A stretch of DNA of 64,000 nucleotides from Vicinamibacterales bacterium (GTDB lineage: Bacteria > Acidobacteriota > Vicinamibacteria > Vicinamibacterales > 2-12-FULL-66-21), in the NCBI GenBank assembly GCA_036278735.1, contig DASUKM010000005.1, forward strand, positions 3,012 through 67,011, read 5' to 3'. The notes beneath the pieces are model-generated. The model had not been told where the DNA came from. It saw only the letters and a program-made list of their open reading frames with translations, and ran no database searches. A program made the translations under genes and the position numbers. How positions within the stretch are numbered: position 1 is the stretch's first letter; each line of letters begins with the position of its first letter. Positions 1-9,607 of this stretch are shown here, one piece after another.

Positions 1-488
1 CCGACGGGCAGCTCGATTTCGACGACGGGGTGCTCGAGGGACTGGATGTCGTGATCGCGTCGCTGCACGATCGGGCCGGACAGTCGGGCCGGCAGCTCAC
101 GCAGCGCTGCCTCCGGGCGATCCACCATCCGCTCGTGTCGATCATCAGCCATCCGGCCAACCGCCTCGTCGGCCGCCGCGGCGACTACGACATGGACTAC
201 GAGCGCCTCTACGCGGCGGCGGCGGAGACGGGCACCGTGCTCGAGATCGACGGCGCGCCGAATCACCTCGACCTCGACGGGGCGCGCGCGCGCGCCGCCA
301 CACGCGCCGGCGTCACCGTCAGCATCGACAGCGATTGCCACCGCGCCAGGTCGCTCGGGGGCCAGATGGCGCTCGGGGTCGGGACCGCCCGGCGTGGCTG
401 GACCGAGCCGCGCCACACGCTGAACACGCGGTCGCTTGCGGACGTCCGGACGTTCGTCGCGGCCAAGCGGGCCGGGGCGTCGGGCTGA
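1..488 (+). CDS. PHP-domain protein, C-terminal fragment (PolX / histidinol-phosphatase-like); 5' end lies outside the window
   Basis: The frame of ORF 30..488 stays open back to base 3. Translation (VVIASLHD, ISHPANRL, LEIDGAPNHLDLD, SIDSDCH) resembles the His/Asp metal-binding motifs of PHP domains. Recall-based only. Confidence 0.55.
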   Translation, partial: DGQLDFDDGVLEGLDVVIASLHDRAGQSGRQLTQRCLRAIHHPLVSIISHPANRLVGRRGDYDMDYERLYAAAAETGTVLEIDGAPNHLDLDGARARAATRAGVTVSIDSDCHRARSLGGQMALGVGTARRGWTEPRHTLNTRSLADVRTFVAAKRAGASG

Positions 489-555
489 AACCACGCCGGG
501 GCCGCGTGCTACACTAGCGAGCCTCCGCCTCGCTCGACCGATTTCTCGACAACTC

Positions 556-1221
556 ATGCAGGTTTCTGCTCCGATCGCCGTTCTCTGGCTGGCGCTGGTC
601 ACGCTGCTGGCCGCCCCCGCGCAGGTTCCGGCGCATCCCGACGCCGCCGGTGTCGCGCGGCTCGTGCAGCAGAAGTACGACCAGGTCCACGATTTCAAGG
701 CCGATTTCGTCCACACGTACCAGGGCGGCGTCCTCAGGAAGAACCTCACCGAGCGCGGCGTCGTGCAGATCAAGAAGCCCGGCAGGATGCGCTGGGAATA
801 CAAGGACCCCGAGGAGAAGCTGTTCGTCTCCGACGGCCACAAGATGTACTCGTACGTGCCCGCGGACAAACAGGTCATCGTCAGCACGGTGCCGCAGGAC
901 GATCAGGCGTCGACGGCGGTGCTGTTCCTCGCCGGCCGCGGCGATCTGCCGCGCGACTTCACCGCCTCCTTCGCCGATGCGGCCGCCGCCGGAACCTGGA
1001 CGCTGAAGCTGGAGCCGAAGGTCCATCAGCCCGAATACGACTGGCTCGTGCTCTCGGTCGATCGCGCGACGCTGCAGATCCGCGGCCTGACCGCCGCGGA
1101 CCGGCAGGGCACGCGCTCGACCTTCGCGTTCTCGAACGTGAAGGAGAACGTCGACATGCCGGACACGCTGTTCACCTTCAAGATCCCGCGAGGCGTCGAT
1201 GTCATCGTCGCGGATCGCTGA
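556..1221 (+). CDS. lolA: LolA-like outer-membrane lipoprotein carrier protein
   Basis: ATG at 556 precedes a signal-peptide-like N-terminus (MQVSAPIAVLWLALVTLLAAPAQV). The body (FKADFVHTY...GVVQIKKPGRMRWEY...KLFVSDGHKMYSY) matches the LolA fold signature. The upstream part of ORF 436..1221 is Arg/Pro-rich and unlikely to be coding. Confidence 0.7.
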   Translation: MQVSAPIAVLWLALVTLLAAPAQVPAHPDAAGVARLVQQKYDQVHDFKADFVHTYQGGVLRKNLTERGVVQIKKPGRMRWEYKDPEEKLFVSDGHKMYSYVPADKQVIVSTVPQDDQASTAVLFLAGRGDLPRDFTASFADAAAAGTWTLKLEPKVHQPEYDWLVLSVDRATLQIRGLTAADRQGTRSTFAFSNVKENVDMPDTLFTFKIPRGVDVIVADR

Positions 1222-3055
1222 GGTCGCCGTCGTCGTCCTGCTGGCCGCCGTCGGCGCGGGCTGCGCCACGTCGGCGGCGCTGCGCGCGGGGCGTCGCGCC
1301 GAGGACGTGCAGGATTACGACCGCGCGGTCGCCGATTACACGGCGGTCGTTCGAAAGCATCCGGACAACGTCGAAGCGCGGTCAGCGCTCGGCCGCGCCC
1401 GTCTGCGGGCCGCCCAGGATCACGCCTTTCGGGGCCGGCGCTTCGTCGCCGCCGATCGCTTCGAAGAGGCGCTCGTCGAATATCAGCTCGCCTCCGAGCT
1501 GAACCCCGGCGACGGCCAGGTCGACGCCGCGCTGCAGGACGTCCGCCAGCGCCTGCGCACCAAGCTGCGCGTCGAGCGCGGCGGCCGGACGGAGCTGCAG
1601 GACCTGATCGACCGTTCCCGGCAGGTGCCAACGCCCGGGCTCGACCTCCGCGAGAATCCTCGCCTGCCGACCTCGCTCGTCTTCAGCAACGCGAGCAGCC
1701 GGATGGTCTTCACGGCGCTGGCGCGGTTCGGCAACGTGAACCTCGTGTTCGACCCCGCGTTCCGCGACCAGCCGATCTCGATCGACCTGCGCAACACGAC
1801 CCTCGAGGACGCGCTGAAGTCGCTCACGGCCAGCACCGGCACCTTCTACCACGTGACGGCCCCGCGCACGATCACGATCGCTCCCGACACGGCCGCCAAG
1901 CGCCGCGAGTACGAAGAGTCGGTCGTGCAGACCTTTTATCTGAGCAACGCCGACATCAAGGAAGTGATCGACCTGCTGCGCGTCGTCATGGACATCCGGC
2001 AGGTCTCGGCGATCACCGCGACGAATGCGATTTCCATCAAAGACACGCCCGAGCGGGTCGCGGGCGCGGCTCGACTGATCGAAGCGATCGACAAGGCGAG
2101 ACCGGAAGTCGTCATCGACGTGGAGCTGCTCGAGGTGGATCGGTCGAAGCTGCAGGAATACGGGCTTCAGGCGGCGTCGCCGGGGTCCGACGGGATTTCG
2201 GGGTCCGCTGACGCGAACCGGACCGGGTTGACGCTGCAGGGGCTCCGGAACCTGACGCAGGCGGACATCCTCGTCGCGGGACTGCCGAGCCTGTATTACA
2301 AACTGCTCAAGAACGACACCGACACGCGGACGCTGGCGAACCCGCAGCTCCGCACCGCCGAAGGGATCACCGCCACGGCCCGCTTCGGCGATCAAGTGCC
2401 GCTGCCCGTCACGACCTTTGCGCCGATCGCCACCGGCGGCATCAATCAGCAGCCGATTACGTCGTACGTGTACCAGAACGTCGGCGTGAACATCGACATC
2501 ACGCCACGGACGCACCACAACAACGACGTCACGCTCGCGGTCAAGGTGGTGCTGTCGAGCATTTCGGGCACCGGCTTCGGCGGCCTGCCCACGCTTGGCA
2601 ACCGCGAAATCTCCACGACCATTCGCCTGAAGGATGGCGAGACGAACATGCTCGCGGGACTCATCCGCGACGACGAACGAACCGTGCTGTCGGGCATCCC
2701 GGGCCTGAGCGATCTGCCGGTGATCGGACACCTGTTCGCGAGCAACCACAAGGAGCGGCAGCAGACCGACATCATCCTGACGCTGACGCCGCACATCGTC
2801 CGGGTGCTGGACCTGAAGGCCGCCGACCTGCGCCCGTTCCTCGTCGGGCACGACACCGGCGCGGCGATCGCGGAGCTGCCTTCCGGGTCTGGCACGCCGC
2901 GCGACACGCAGGAGCCGCCCGGCGCGGCGCTCGAAGGGACCACCCCCTCCGTCACGAGTGCCCCCGAAGCCCCGAAGTTCCCTCAGCCGCTCGAAGGCGC
3001 GCTGCCCGGCGTGAAGCTCCCCGCCCCGAAGAAGCCGGGCGGCGGCGGAGTCTGA
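1199..3055 (+). CDS. Secretin-family outer-membrane channel (GspD/PilQ-like) with lipobox and N-terminal TPR region
   Basis: Lipobox-like LAAVGAGC, then TPR-like helices. The C-terminal secretin signature is present (LANPQLRTAEG...GIPGLSDLPVIGHLF...ILTLTPHIV). It overlaps the lolA end by 23 nt. Confidence 0.75.
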   Translation: MSSSRIAEVAVVVLLAAVGAGCATSAALRAGRRAEDVQDYDRAVADYTAVVRKHPDNVEARSALGRARLRAAQDHAFRGRRFVAADRFEEALVEYQLASELNPGDGQVDAALQDVRQRLRTKLRVERGGRTELQDLIDRSRQVPTPGLDLRENPRLPTSLVFSNASSRMVFTALARFGNVNLVFDPAFRDQPISIDLRNTTLEDALKSLTASTGTFYHVTAPRTITIAPDTAAKRREYEESVVQTFYLSNADIKEVIDLLRVVMDIRQVSAITATNAISIKDTPERVAGAARLIEAIDKARPEVVIDVELLEVDRSKLQEYGLQAASPGSDGISGSADANRTGLTLQGLRNLTQADILVAGLPSLYYKLLKNDTDTRTLANPQLRTAEGITATARFGDQVPLPVTTFAPIATGGINQQPITSYVYQNVGVNIDITPRTHHNNDVTLAVKVVLSSISGTGFGGLPTLGNREISTTIRLKDGETNMLAGLIRDDERTVLSGIPGLSDLPVIGHLFASNHKERQQTDIILTLTPHIVRVLDLKAADLRPFLVGHDTGAAIAELPSGSGTPRDTQEPPGAALEGTTPSVTSAPEAPKFPQPLEGALPGVKLPAPKKPGGGGV

Positions 3056-3061
3056 CCCGGC

Positions 3062-5446
3062 CTACTCTGTACGCAGGGCCTCGATTGGATTGATCCGCAT
3101 GGCGCGGCGGGCCGGCAGGTACGTCGCCACCGTCGCCGTCACGGTCAGGACGATGGCAACCGCCGCGTACGTCGGCAGATCGAACGCGGTGACGCCGAAC
3201 AGCACGGAGGCGAGCGCGCGCGTGGCGAGGCCCGCGAGCGCGACACCGGCGACGAGCCCGGCCGCCGTGAGCCTCAGGCCATCCTTCAGGACCAGCAACA
3301 AAACCGTCGCGGGCGCCGCCCCGAGCGCCATCCGGACGCCAATCTCGCGGGTCCGGCGGCTCACGAGATACGACATCACACCGTAGAGCCCGACGACGGC
3401 GAGCGCGAGCGCCGCGCAGGCGAACAGCACCAATCCCAGCATCTCGAAGCGATCGACCGTCATCGAAGTCGCCACCAGGCCGCTCATCGGCCTGACGTGC
3501 GGCGCCGGCAGTTCCGGATCGATGCCGCGCAGCGCGCGGTCGAGCGCGCCGCCGACGCTCTCCGCCGGCAGCGTGCTGCGAACGACGACGCTCATGAAGC
3601 TCCACGGTGCCTGCGCCATGGGCTGATAGAACTCGGGATCGACCTGTTCGCGCAGGCTCGCGTGCTTGACGTCGTGCGCAACCCCCACGATCTCGAGCCA
3701 GGGGCCGGAATCACCGATCTGAAAGCGATGCCCGAGGGCGCGCTGCCCCGGCCAGTAGGTCCTCGCCATCGTCTCGTTGACGATCGCGACCGGCAGGCCG
3801 CCGGCCCGATCCCGATCCGTGAAGGTGCGTCCGGCGCGGAGCCGGATCCCCATGACGCTGAAATAGTGCGGAGAGATCACGCGGATGCCGCCCCAGGGGT
3901 TCGCGGGCGCCGGCCCGTCGATCGTGATCCCGCGCGTACTGTTGCCGCCGGCGAACGGCAGGCGCGCGGCGGCGGCCGCGTCCTGGACGCCCGGCGCGGA
4001 GCGCAGGGCCTCGAGCAGCTGGTCGAAAAACTGCGCCTGACGTTCCGGCGTGCCATAACGACTTACCGGCAGCACCAGGTGCGCGGTCGAGAGGCCGGCA
4101 GGATGGAAGCCGGGATCCACGCGGCGCAGATCGAGGAAACTGCGAATCATCAGCGCGGCGCCGATGAGCAGCGCGAGCGACAGCGCGAACTCGGCGACGG
4201 TGAGGACCTCGCGCAGCCGCCGGGACTCCCGGCCTCCCACCGTCCGGCCCACCGACGACACGGAACCGGCGAGGGCCCCGCGCGTCGCCTGCAGCGCCGG
4301 CGCCATGCCAAAGAGCAGTCCGGCCGCGATCGAGGCCAGCAGCGCGAAGCCGAGGACCGGCGTGCCGATGGCCACGTGCAGTGCCCGGACATCGGACGGG
4401 GCCGCCGCGAGCAGCAGCGGCAGCGTCCAGGCCGCGAGGGCCACGCCGGCTGCACCTCCGAGCAGGCCGAGCAGCAGACTCTCGGTCAGCAACTGCGCGA
4501 GGATGCGCGACCGTCCCGCGCCGAGCGCCGTCCTGATCGTGATCTCCTGACGCCGCGCCGCCGACCGGGCCAGCATCAGGTTGGCGATGTTGGCGCAGCC
4601 AATCAGGAGCACCATCGCGACCGCGGCAAAGAGCACCAGCAGCGCCGGCCTGATGTCGCCGACCAGCAGGTCGCGCAGCGGCACGAGCGGAAACTGCACG
4701 TCCTCCTCGAGCACGTCGGCCGGATACCGCTGGTGCAGCCGCTCGAAAACGATCCGCTGCTCCGATTCCGCCTGCGCCACCGTGACGCCGGGCGCGAGGC
4801 GCGCGTACGCGCCGAGATAATGGGAGCCCCGCACCTGCGTCGCGTCCTCGTTCGGATGCAGCGGATGCGTCGGAATGACGTGCCGCGGCGAGACCCAGAC
4901 CAGCGTCTCGCCCGGAAAATCGAATCCAGGCGGCATGATGCCGACCACCTGATAGGACTTCCCGTCGAGGACGACGGATCGGCCGACGGCCCCCGGATCT
5001 CCACCGAAGCGCCGGCGCCAGAACGCGTCGGCGATCACCGCGACCTGACGGCCGTTCTCGTCGGCCGGCGTCAGCGCGCGTCCGAGCGCCGGACGTACCC
5101 CCATCACGTCGAAGAACCCGGAGGTCACCACGGCGCCGTCCATGCGCTCCGGGCGGTCCCCTCCCGTCTCGACGAACGCCGTCTCCTTCAACGCGGCCAT
5201 GGCCGAAAAGCTCTTCGCCTGCGCGCGCCAGTCCAGGAACAGGCCGGGCGCCTGATCGTCGGCGAACACGATGCGGTCCGAATGGGGATACGGCAGCGGC
5301 CGGAACAGCGCCGCGTAGACGGCCGCAAAGATGGCCGTGTTGGCGCCGACGGCGAGCGCCGCCGTCACCACCACCACCAGCGTGAACCCCGGGGCGCGCC
5401 ACAGCATCCGTGCCCCGTATCGCAGATCCTGAAGAACTCTGGACAT
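3062..5446 (-). CDS. Duplicated MacB/FtsX-type ABC permease (ADOP-family-like orphan permease)
   Basis: ATG at 5446 gives [41 protein letters not shown], the typical N-terminus of this family. It has two MacB-periplasmic plus FtsX 4-TM modules in about 794 aa. No adjacent ATPase gene. Confidence 0.8.
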   Translation of the reverse strand: MSRVLQDLRYGARMLWRAPGFTLVVVVTAALAVGANTAIFAAVYAALFRPLPYPHSDRIVFADDQAPGLFLDWRAQAKSFSAMAALKETAFVETGGDRPERMDGAVVTSGFFDVMGVRPALGRALTPADENGRQVAVIADAFWRRRFGGDPGAVGRSVVLDGKSYQVVGIMPPGFDFPGETLVWVSPRHVIPTHPLHPNEDATQVRGSHYLGAYARLAPGVTVAQAESEQRIVFERLHQRYPADVLEEDVQFPLVPLRDLLVGDIRPALLVLFAAVAMVLLIGCANIANLMLARSAARRQEITIRTALGAGRSRILAQLLTESLLLGLLGGAAGVALAAWTLPLLLAAAPSDVRALHVAIGTPVLGFALLASIAAGLLFGMAPALQATRGALAGSVSSVGRTVGGRESRRLREVLTVAEFALSLALLIGAALMIRSFLDLRRVDPGFHPAGLSTAHLVLPVSRYGTPERQAQFFDQLLEALRSAPGVQDAAAAARLPFAGGNSTRGITIDGPAPANPWGGIRVISPHYFSVMGIRLRAGRTFTDRDRAGGLPVAIVNETMARTYWPGQRALGHRFQIGDSGPWLEIVGVAHDVKHASLREQVDPEFYQPMAQAPWSFMSVVVRSTLPAESVGGALDRALRGIDPELPAPHVRPMSGLVATSMTVDRFEMLGLVLFACAALALAVVGLYGVMSYLVSRRTREIGVRMALGAAPATVLLLVLKDGLRLTAAGLVAGVALAGLATRALASVLFGVTAFDLPTYAAVAIVLTVTATVATYLPARRAMRINPIEALRTE

Positions 5447-5483
5447 GTGCTCACCCGAGCAAGGAGCGGACCAGGTGCCCAAC

Positions 5484-5532
5484 GGGGTCAGATCTTGTTT
5501 CTTGCAGCGCGCAAGAAACAAGATCTGACCCC
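5484..5532 (-). terminator. Perfect 22-bp inverted repeat (GGGGTCAGATCTTGTTTCTTGC-agcgc-GCAAGAAACAAGATCTGACCCC); candidate terminator or operator
   Basis: Arms 5484-5505 and 5511-5532 were read directly from the sequence. It lies between the pxpC stop (5586) and the permease start (5446). It is A/T-rich relative to its surroundings and has no U-tract. Confidence 0.45.
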
Positions 5533-5585
5533 GAGGTGTTCGACTGCGGTATTTCCGCGTCCCACAACCGGACGCGATCGGTCCA

Positions 5586-6503
5586 TCATCTGTCGAACGG
5601 ACGCCGTTCCGCGAGCGCCGCCATTGCCTGCTCGCGCGTGCACTCGCGGAACTCCACCCAGTCGCCCGGCGCGAGCTGTCCCGCGATCGGCAGATCCGCG
5701 GTAATCACCGTCGCGATGATCGGATATCCCCCGGTCGTCTGACGGTCCGCCATCAGCAGAATCGGCTGGCCGGACGCCGGGACCTGCAGCGAGCCGATGG
5801 GCGTCGCTTCGGACAGAATGTCGGCGGGACCCGCATGCGTCAGGCGAGCACCCTCGAGACGATAGCCCATGCGGTTGGACTGGGAAGAGATCGTGTGGCG
5901 CGTGCTCGTGAGCGCCTCCCACGCACGCCCGGTGAAGCGCGGCCGGTGCGGCGCGGCAAGCACCCGCAGGCGCGCGCCGCCTGAGGGCAGCGGCAGCGGC
6001 ACGACTTCATGACCGCCGCGGGCGGCACGGCCAGCTCCAACCGGCAGCCTGTCGCCCGCCGCGAGCTGACGCCCGCCAAACGGACCCATCCGGCACACGA
6101 GGTGGGTCGCGCGGCTGCCGAACACGGGCGGGACGTCGATGCCGCCGCGCACCGCCAACGTTGCGCGCGCACCGGCGTGCCGCGCGCCGAAGCGGACGCG
6201 TTCGCCGGCCGGGACGGCGAACGGCTGCGAGCAGTCGATGGGATCCCCGCCAACGGTCACGTCGAAGGCGGCGCCGGCAACCGCGCACCAGACGTCCGCG
6301 TCTGTTTCCAGCTCGGGCCCGATCAGCGTCACTTCCAGTGCGGCGGCCGACGCCTCGTTGCCGGCGAGCCGATTCGCGAGGCGATGGGAATACCAGTCCA
6401 TCGGTCCGGCCACCGGCACGCCCAGATGCTGAAAGCCGACGCGGCCCAAATCCTGAACGGTCGTCAACATGCCCGGACGCACGACGGTCAGCCCCGCCCT
6501 CAC
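5586..6503 (-). CDS. pxpC: 5-oxoprolinase subunit C / allophanate hydrolase subunit 2 family (KipA-like)
   Basis: GTG at 6503 overlaps the pxpB stop (GTGA). Translation [21 protein letters not shown]...[10 protein letters not shown]...[13 protein letters not shown] matches the family. The long upstream part of ORF 5586..7577 is frame run-through. Confidence 0.8.
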   Translation of the reverse strand: MRAGLTVVRPGMLTTVQDLGRVGFQHLGVPVAGPMDWYSHRLANRLAGNEASAAALEVTLIGPELETDADVWCAVAGAAFDVTVGGDPIDCSQPFAVPAGERVRFGARHAGARATLAVRGGIDVPPVFGSRATHLVCRMGPFGGRQLAAGDRLPVGAGRAARGGHEVVPLPLPSGGARLRVLAAPHRPRFTGRAWEALTSTRHTISSQSNRMGYRLEGARLTHAGPADILSEATPIGSLQVPASGQPILLMADRQTTGGYPIIATVITADLPIAGQLAPGDWVEFRECTREQAMAALAERRPFDR

Positions 6504-7198
6504 TTCGCGCCCCACCGGCTCGACGCATCGAATTCGCGGGCGCTGATCCTGACGAAGCGGACGCGGTCGCCCGGCGCGAACAGGAACGCCTCGGCCCGAT
6601 CGGGGTCGTACGGCTTCGCCGGCGTGCGGCCGATGATGTGCCATCCTCCAGGGCTCTCGGACGGGTAGATACCCGTCTGCCCCGCGGCGATGGCGACCGA
6701 TCCGGGCGGGACCTTCAGGCGCGGGCTCGATCGGCGCGGCGCCGCGATCCTCGGATCGACGCTCGCCATGTAGGCGAAGCCGGGCATGAACCCGACGACG
6801 AACACGCGGTACTCGCGCGCGAGGTGGCGTCTGACGACCTCCTCCGGGGCACAGCCGGCGAAGGCGGCGATGTCGGGCAGATCCGGACCGCATGCGCCGT
6901 CGTAGCACACGGGCACCTCGATGGACGATCCCTCGCGGCCACGGCCGGACGCGGGCTGCGCGAGGATCTCGTCGAGCCGCTGCGGCACCGCGTCGACGCC
7001 GGCGCCCAGCGGATCGACGTAGACCATCACCGTGCGAAAGCCGACGACGACGTCGCGCACGCCCGGCCAGGAGGCCGACCGAATGCGCGCGGCCAGATCG
7101 ACGGCGCGGCCGTTGATGCCGGCGTCGAGGCGGTCCGGCAGCTCGACGAGCCACGCGGCATCCCCCGCCGGGACCACGCGCGCCTCGGCGATGGTCAC
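6500..7198 (-). CDS. pxpB: 5-oxoprolinase subunit B / allophanate hydrolase subunit 1 family (KipI-like)
   Basis: GTG at 7198 overlaps the mpl stop (GTGA). Translation ...VVGFRTVMVYVDP...YRVFVVGFMPGFAYM...IAAGQTGIYPSESPGGWHIIGRT is typical. Confidence 0.8.
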   Translation of the reverse strand: MTIAEARVVPAGDAAWLVELPDRLDAGINGRAVDLAARIRSASWPGVRDVVVGFRTVMVYVDPLGAGVDAVPQRLDEILAQPASGRGREGSSIEVPVCYDGACGPDLPDIAAFAGCAPEEVVRRHLAREYRVFVVGFMPGFAYMASVDPRIAAPRRSSPRLKVPPGSVAIAAGQTGIYPSESPGGWHIIGRTPAKPYDPDRAEAFLFAPGDRVRFVRISAREFDASSRWGAK

Positions 7199-8598
7199 CG
7201 CGCGCCGCGGGCGTCGAGCGCCGCCAGCAGGCGCTGGTGGATGTTGTCGAAGCCGCCGTTCGACATGACGAGCACGAGGTCGCCCGGCCGGGCCTCGCGC
7301 GCGACCGTCTCGACGATCTCGTCGACCTTGGGGATGTACCGCGCGTCCTTCCCCGCCGTCCGGAGATCCTCGACGAGCCGCTCGATCGAGAGCCGCTGAT
7401 CCTCGGGAAGGCTCGCGCGAAAGACGGCCGGCAGGACGACATGGTCGGCGGCAGCGAAGGCGCGCGTGAAGTCGTCCTGGAACACGCGGCGGCACGAGGT
7501 GGCGGAGCGCGGTTCGAAGATCGCCCAGATCCGGCGGTCGGGATACGCCGACCGCACGCCGGCCAGCGTCTCGGCAATGGCGGTGGGATGATGGGCGAAA
7601 TCGTCGTAGACGTCGACCCCTCCGGCGGTGCCGCGCAACTGCATGCGCCGCCGCACCCCCTTGAACCGCCGCAGCGCCTCGGCGATGGTGTCGGGGTTCA
7701 CCCCGACCGCCGACGCGATGGCAATCGCCGCGAGGGCGTTGCGCACGTTGTAGGCGCCGAGCAGCGGGACCTCGAACGCCCCCACCGACTGTCCGGCATG
7801 CGCCACGCTGAACCGCGTGATCCCGCCGTCGATCGTCAGGTCGTGCGCGTGCCAGTCCAGCCCGGGGCCGGTCCCGAACGTCTCGACGCGGCACCAGGCC
7901 CGTTCGCCCAGCGCGCGCGCATCGGGATTGTCGCCCCCGAGCAGCAGCAGCCCGCGCCGGGGAATCAGGTTCACGAAGCGGCGGAACGCCACCCGGATGC
8001 TCTCGAGATCGGCATAGATGTCGGCGTGGTCGAACTCGATGTTGTTCACGACCGCGATGTCCGGCAGGTACTTCAGGAACTTCGCCGTCTTGTCGAAGAA
8101 CGCGCTGTCGTACTCGTCTCCTTCGATCACGAACTCGCGCCCGCCGCCCACGCGGTAGCTGCCGGAGAAGTTCTCCGCGATCCCCCCGATGAAGACGTTG
8201 GGGTCGAGCCCGGCGTGCGCCAGCACCCACCCGGCCAGCGACGTCGTGGTCGTCTTGCCGTGCGTGCCCGTGATCACGATCGCGCGCGCGCCCCAGAGAA
8301 AGTGATCGCGCACCGCCTCAGGCAGCGAGCAGTAGCGGATCTTGCGATCGAGCACTTCCTCGAGCTCCGGGTTGCCGCGCGAGATCGCATTCCCGACGAC
8401 GACGAGGTCGATGTCCGCGCCGATGTGTTCGGGCCGGTATCCCTGCAGCGTGGTGATCTGCTGCTCGGCCAGGAAGTCGCTCATGGGGGGATACACGTGC
8501 TGATCCGATCCCCGGACATCGTGCCCGCGGCTCTTCAACATGGCCGCCAGCGTCGCCATGGCGGTGCCGCAAATGCCAATCAGATGGATGCGTTTCAT
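7195..8598 (-). CDS. mpl: UDP-N-acetylmuramate:L-alanyl-gamma-D-glutamyl-meso-diaminopimelate ligase
   Basis: MKRIHLIGICGTAMATLAAMLKSRGHDVRGSD... and a Mur-ligase P-loop (ITGTHGKTTTTS). The length of 467 aa is consistent with Mpl. Confidence 0.85.
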   Translation of the reverse strand: MKRIHLIGICGTAMATLAAMLKSRGHDVRGSDQHVYPPMSDFLAEQQITTLQGYRPEHIGADIDLVVVGNAISRGNPELEEVLDRKIRYCSLPEAVRDHFLWGARAIVITGTHGKTTTTSLAGWVLAHAGLDPNVFIGGIAENFSGSYRVGGGREFVIEGDEYDSAFFDKTAKFLKYLPDIAVVNNIEFDHADIYADLESIRVAFRRFVNLIPRRGLLLLGGDNPDARALGERAWCRVETFGTGPGLDWHAHDLTIDGGITRFSVAHAGQSVGAFEVPLLGAYNVRNALAAIAIASAVGVNPDTIAEALRRFKGVRRRMQLRGTAGGVDVYDDFAHHPTAIAETLAGVRSAYPDRRIWAIFEPRSATSCRRVFQDDFTRAFAAADHVVLPAVFRASLPEDQRLSIERLVEDLRTAGKDARYIPKVDEIVETVAREARPGDLVLVMSNGGFDNIHQRLLAALDARGAR

Positions 8599-8655
8599 CA
8601 GTCGCCAGATGCCAGATGCCAGTTACCAGTTTCCAGTCGTCAGTATCCAGTGGCC
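8599..8655. repeat. Eight tandem heptamers CAGNNNC filling the whole ldcA-mpl spacer
   Basis: cagtcgc cagatgc cagatgc cagttac cagtttc cagtcgt cagtatc cagtggc, tiled from 8599. It is bounded by the mpl ATG (8596-8598) and the ldcA TAG (8656-8658). Confidence 0.9.
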
Positions 8656-9585
8656 CTATTCCCGCACTGCGGCTTCCTCCACGATCAATGCCGGGCGGGG
8701 AGCGGTCACCACGCGCGTCGTGACGCCGAAGGGCAGCGTCAAACAGGCGCCGTTGGTGTGGCCGGACGGCAGGCCGAACAGGACGGGGCCCGGAAAATCG
8801 GCCAGCAGACTGGCGACGACGGCGCGGGCCGAGGGGCCGCCGGCAGCGGGCTCGTCGCAGCGCGGCAGCTCGCCGAACACGACAGCGGCCGCGCGCGCGA
8901 GCAGGCCGGCGAGGCGCAGCTGCGTCAGCATGCGGTCGAGCCGGTACGGCCGCTCGCCGACTTCGTCGACGAACAGCACGCATCCCTCCGGGGGATCGAA
9001 AGCGTAGGGCGTTCCCAGGGACGCGGTGAGCTGGGTCAGGGTGCCGCCGACGAGCGTGCCCGCGGCGTCCCCTGGGCGCAGCACGTCGAGCGCGTCGTGC
9101 GTGATTTCGCCGGGGGGCTGCGGCCGCGCGACGCAGCGCAGGAGCGTGTCGCGATCGTAGCCCGCCTCGCCGCGCGCCAATCGCCGTTCGAGCATCGGGC
9201 CGTGGAACGACACGATGCCGCACCCGGTGGTCAGCCACGAGAGCAGCGACGTGTTGTCGCTGTAGCCGAGGAACACCTTCGGCGTGCGGCGGATCTCGTT
9301 GATATCGAGCAGCGGCAGGAGCTGTACGCTGCCATAGCCGCCGCGAACCGCCACGAGCCCCGCAATCGACGGATCCGTCCAGGCGCGTCGGAACGCCGCG
9401 GCGCGCAGGCTGGCCGGTCCCGCGACGTACCACTCCCGGGCAAACACCGCCGGATCGTGGACGGGATCGAAGCCGAGGCGCCGCAGCTCGGCGACCCCCG
9501 CGTCGAAATCATCGCGCCGGAACGGGCTCGCCGGCGCCACGACGGCCAGGCGGTCGCCCGGGCGCAGCGCGCGCGGCTTCAGCAC
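8656..9585 (-). CDS. ldcA: LD-carboxypeptidase (muramoyltetrapeptide carboxypeptidase)
   Basis: MLKPRALRPGDRLAVVAPASP...VRGGYGS...GYSDNT...SGHT, the Ser-His-Glu peptidase S66 pattern. Confidence 0.8.
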   Translation of the reverse strand: MLKPRALRPGDRLAVVAPASPFRRDDFDAGVAELRRLGFDPVHDPAVFAREWYVAGPASLRAAAFRRAWTDPSIAGLVAVRGGYGSVQLLPLLDINEIRRTPKVFLGYSDNTSLLSWLTTGCGIVSFHGPMLERRLARGEAGYDRDTLLRCVARPQPPGEITHDALDVLRPGDAAGTLVGGTLTQLTASLGTPYAFDPPEGCVLFVDEVGERPYRLDRMLTQLRLAGLLARAAAVVFGELPRCDEPAAGGPSARAVVASLLADFPGPVLFGLPSGHTNGACLTLPFGVTTRVVTAPRPALIVEEAAVRE

Positions 9586-9607
9586 TGGCGGCCGCCGCGA
9601 CGGCGCG

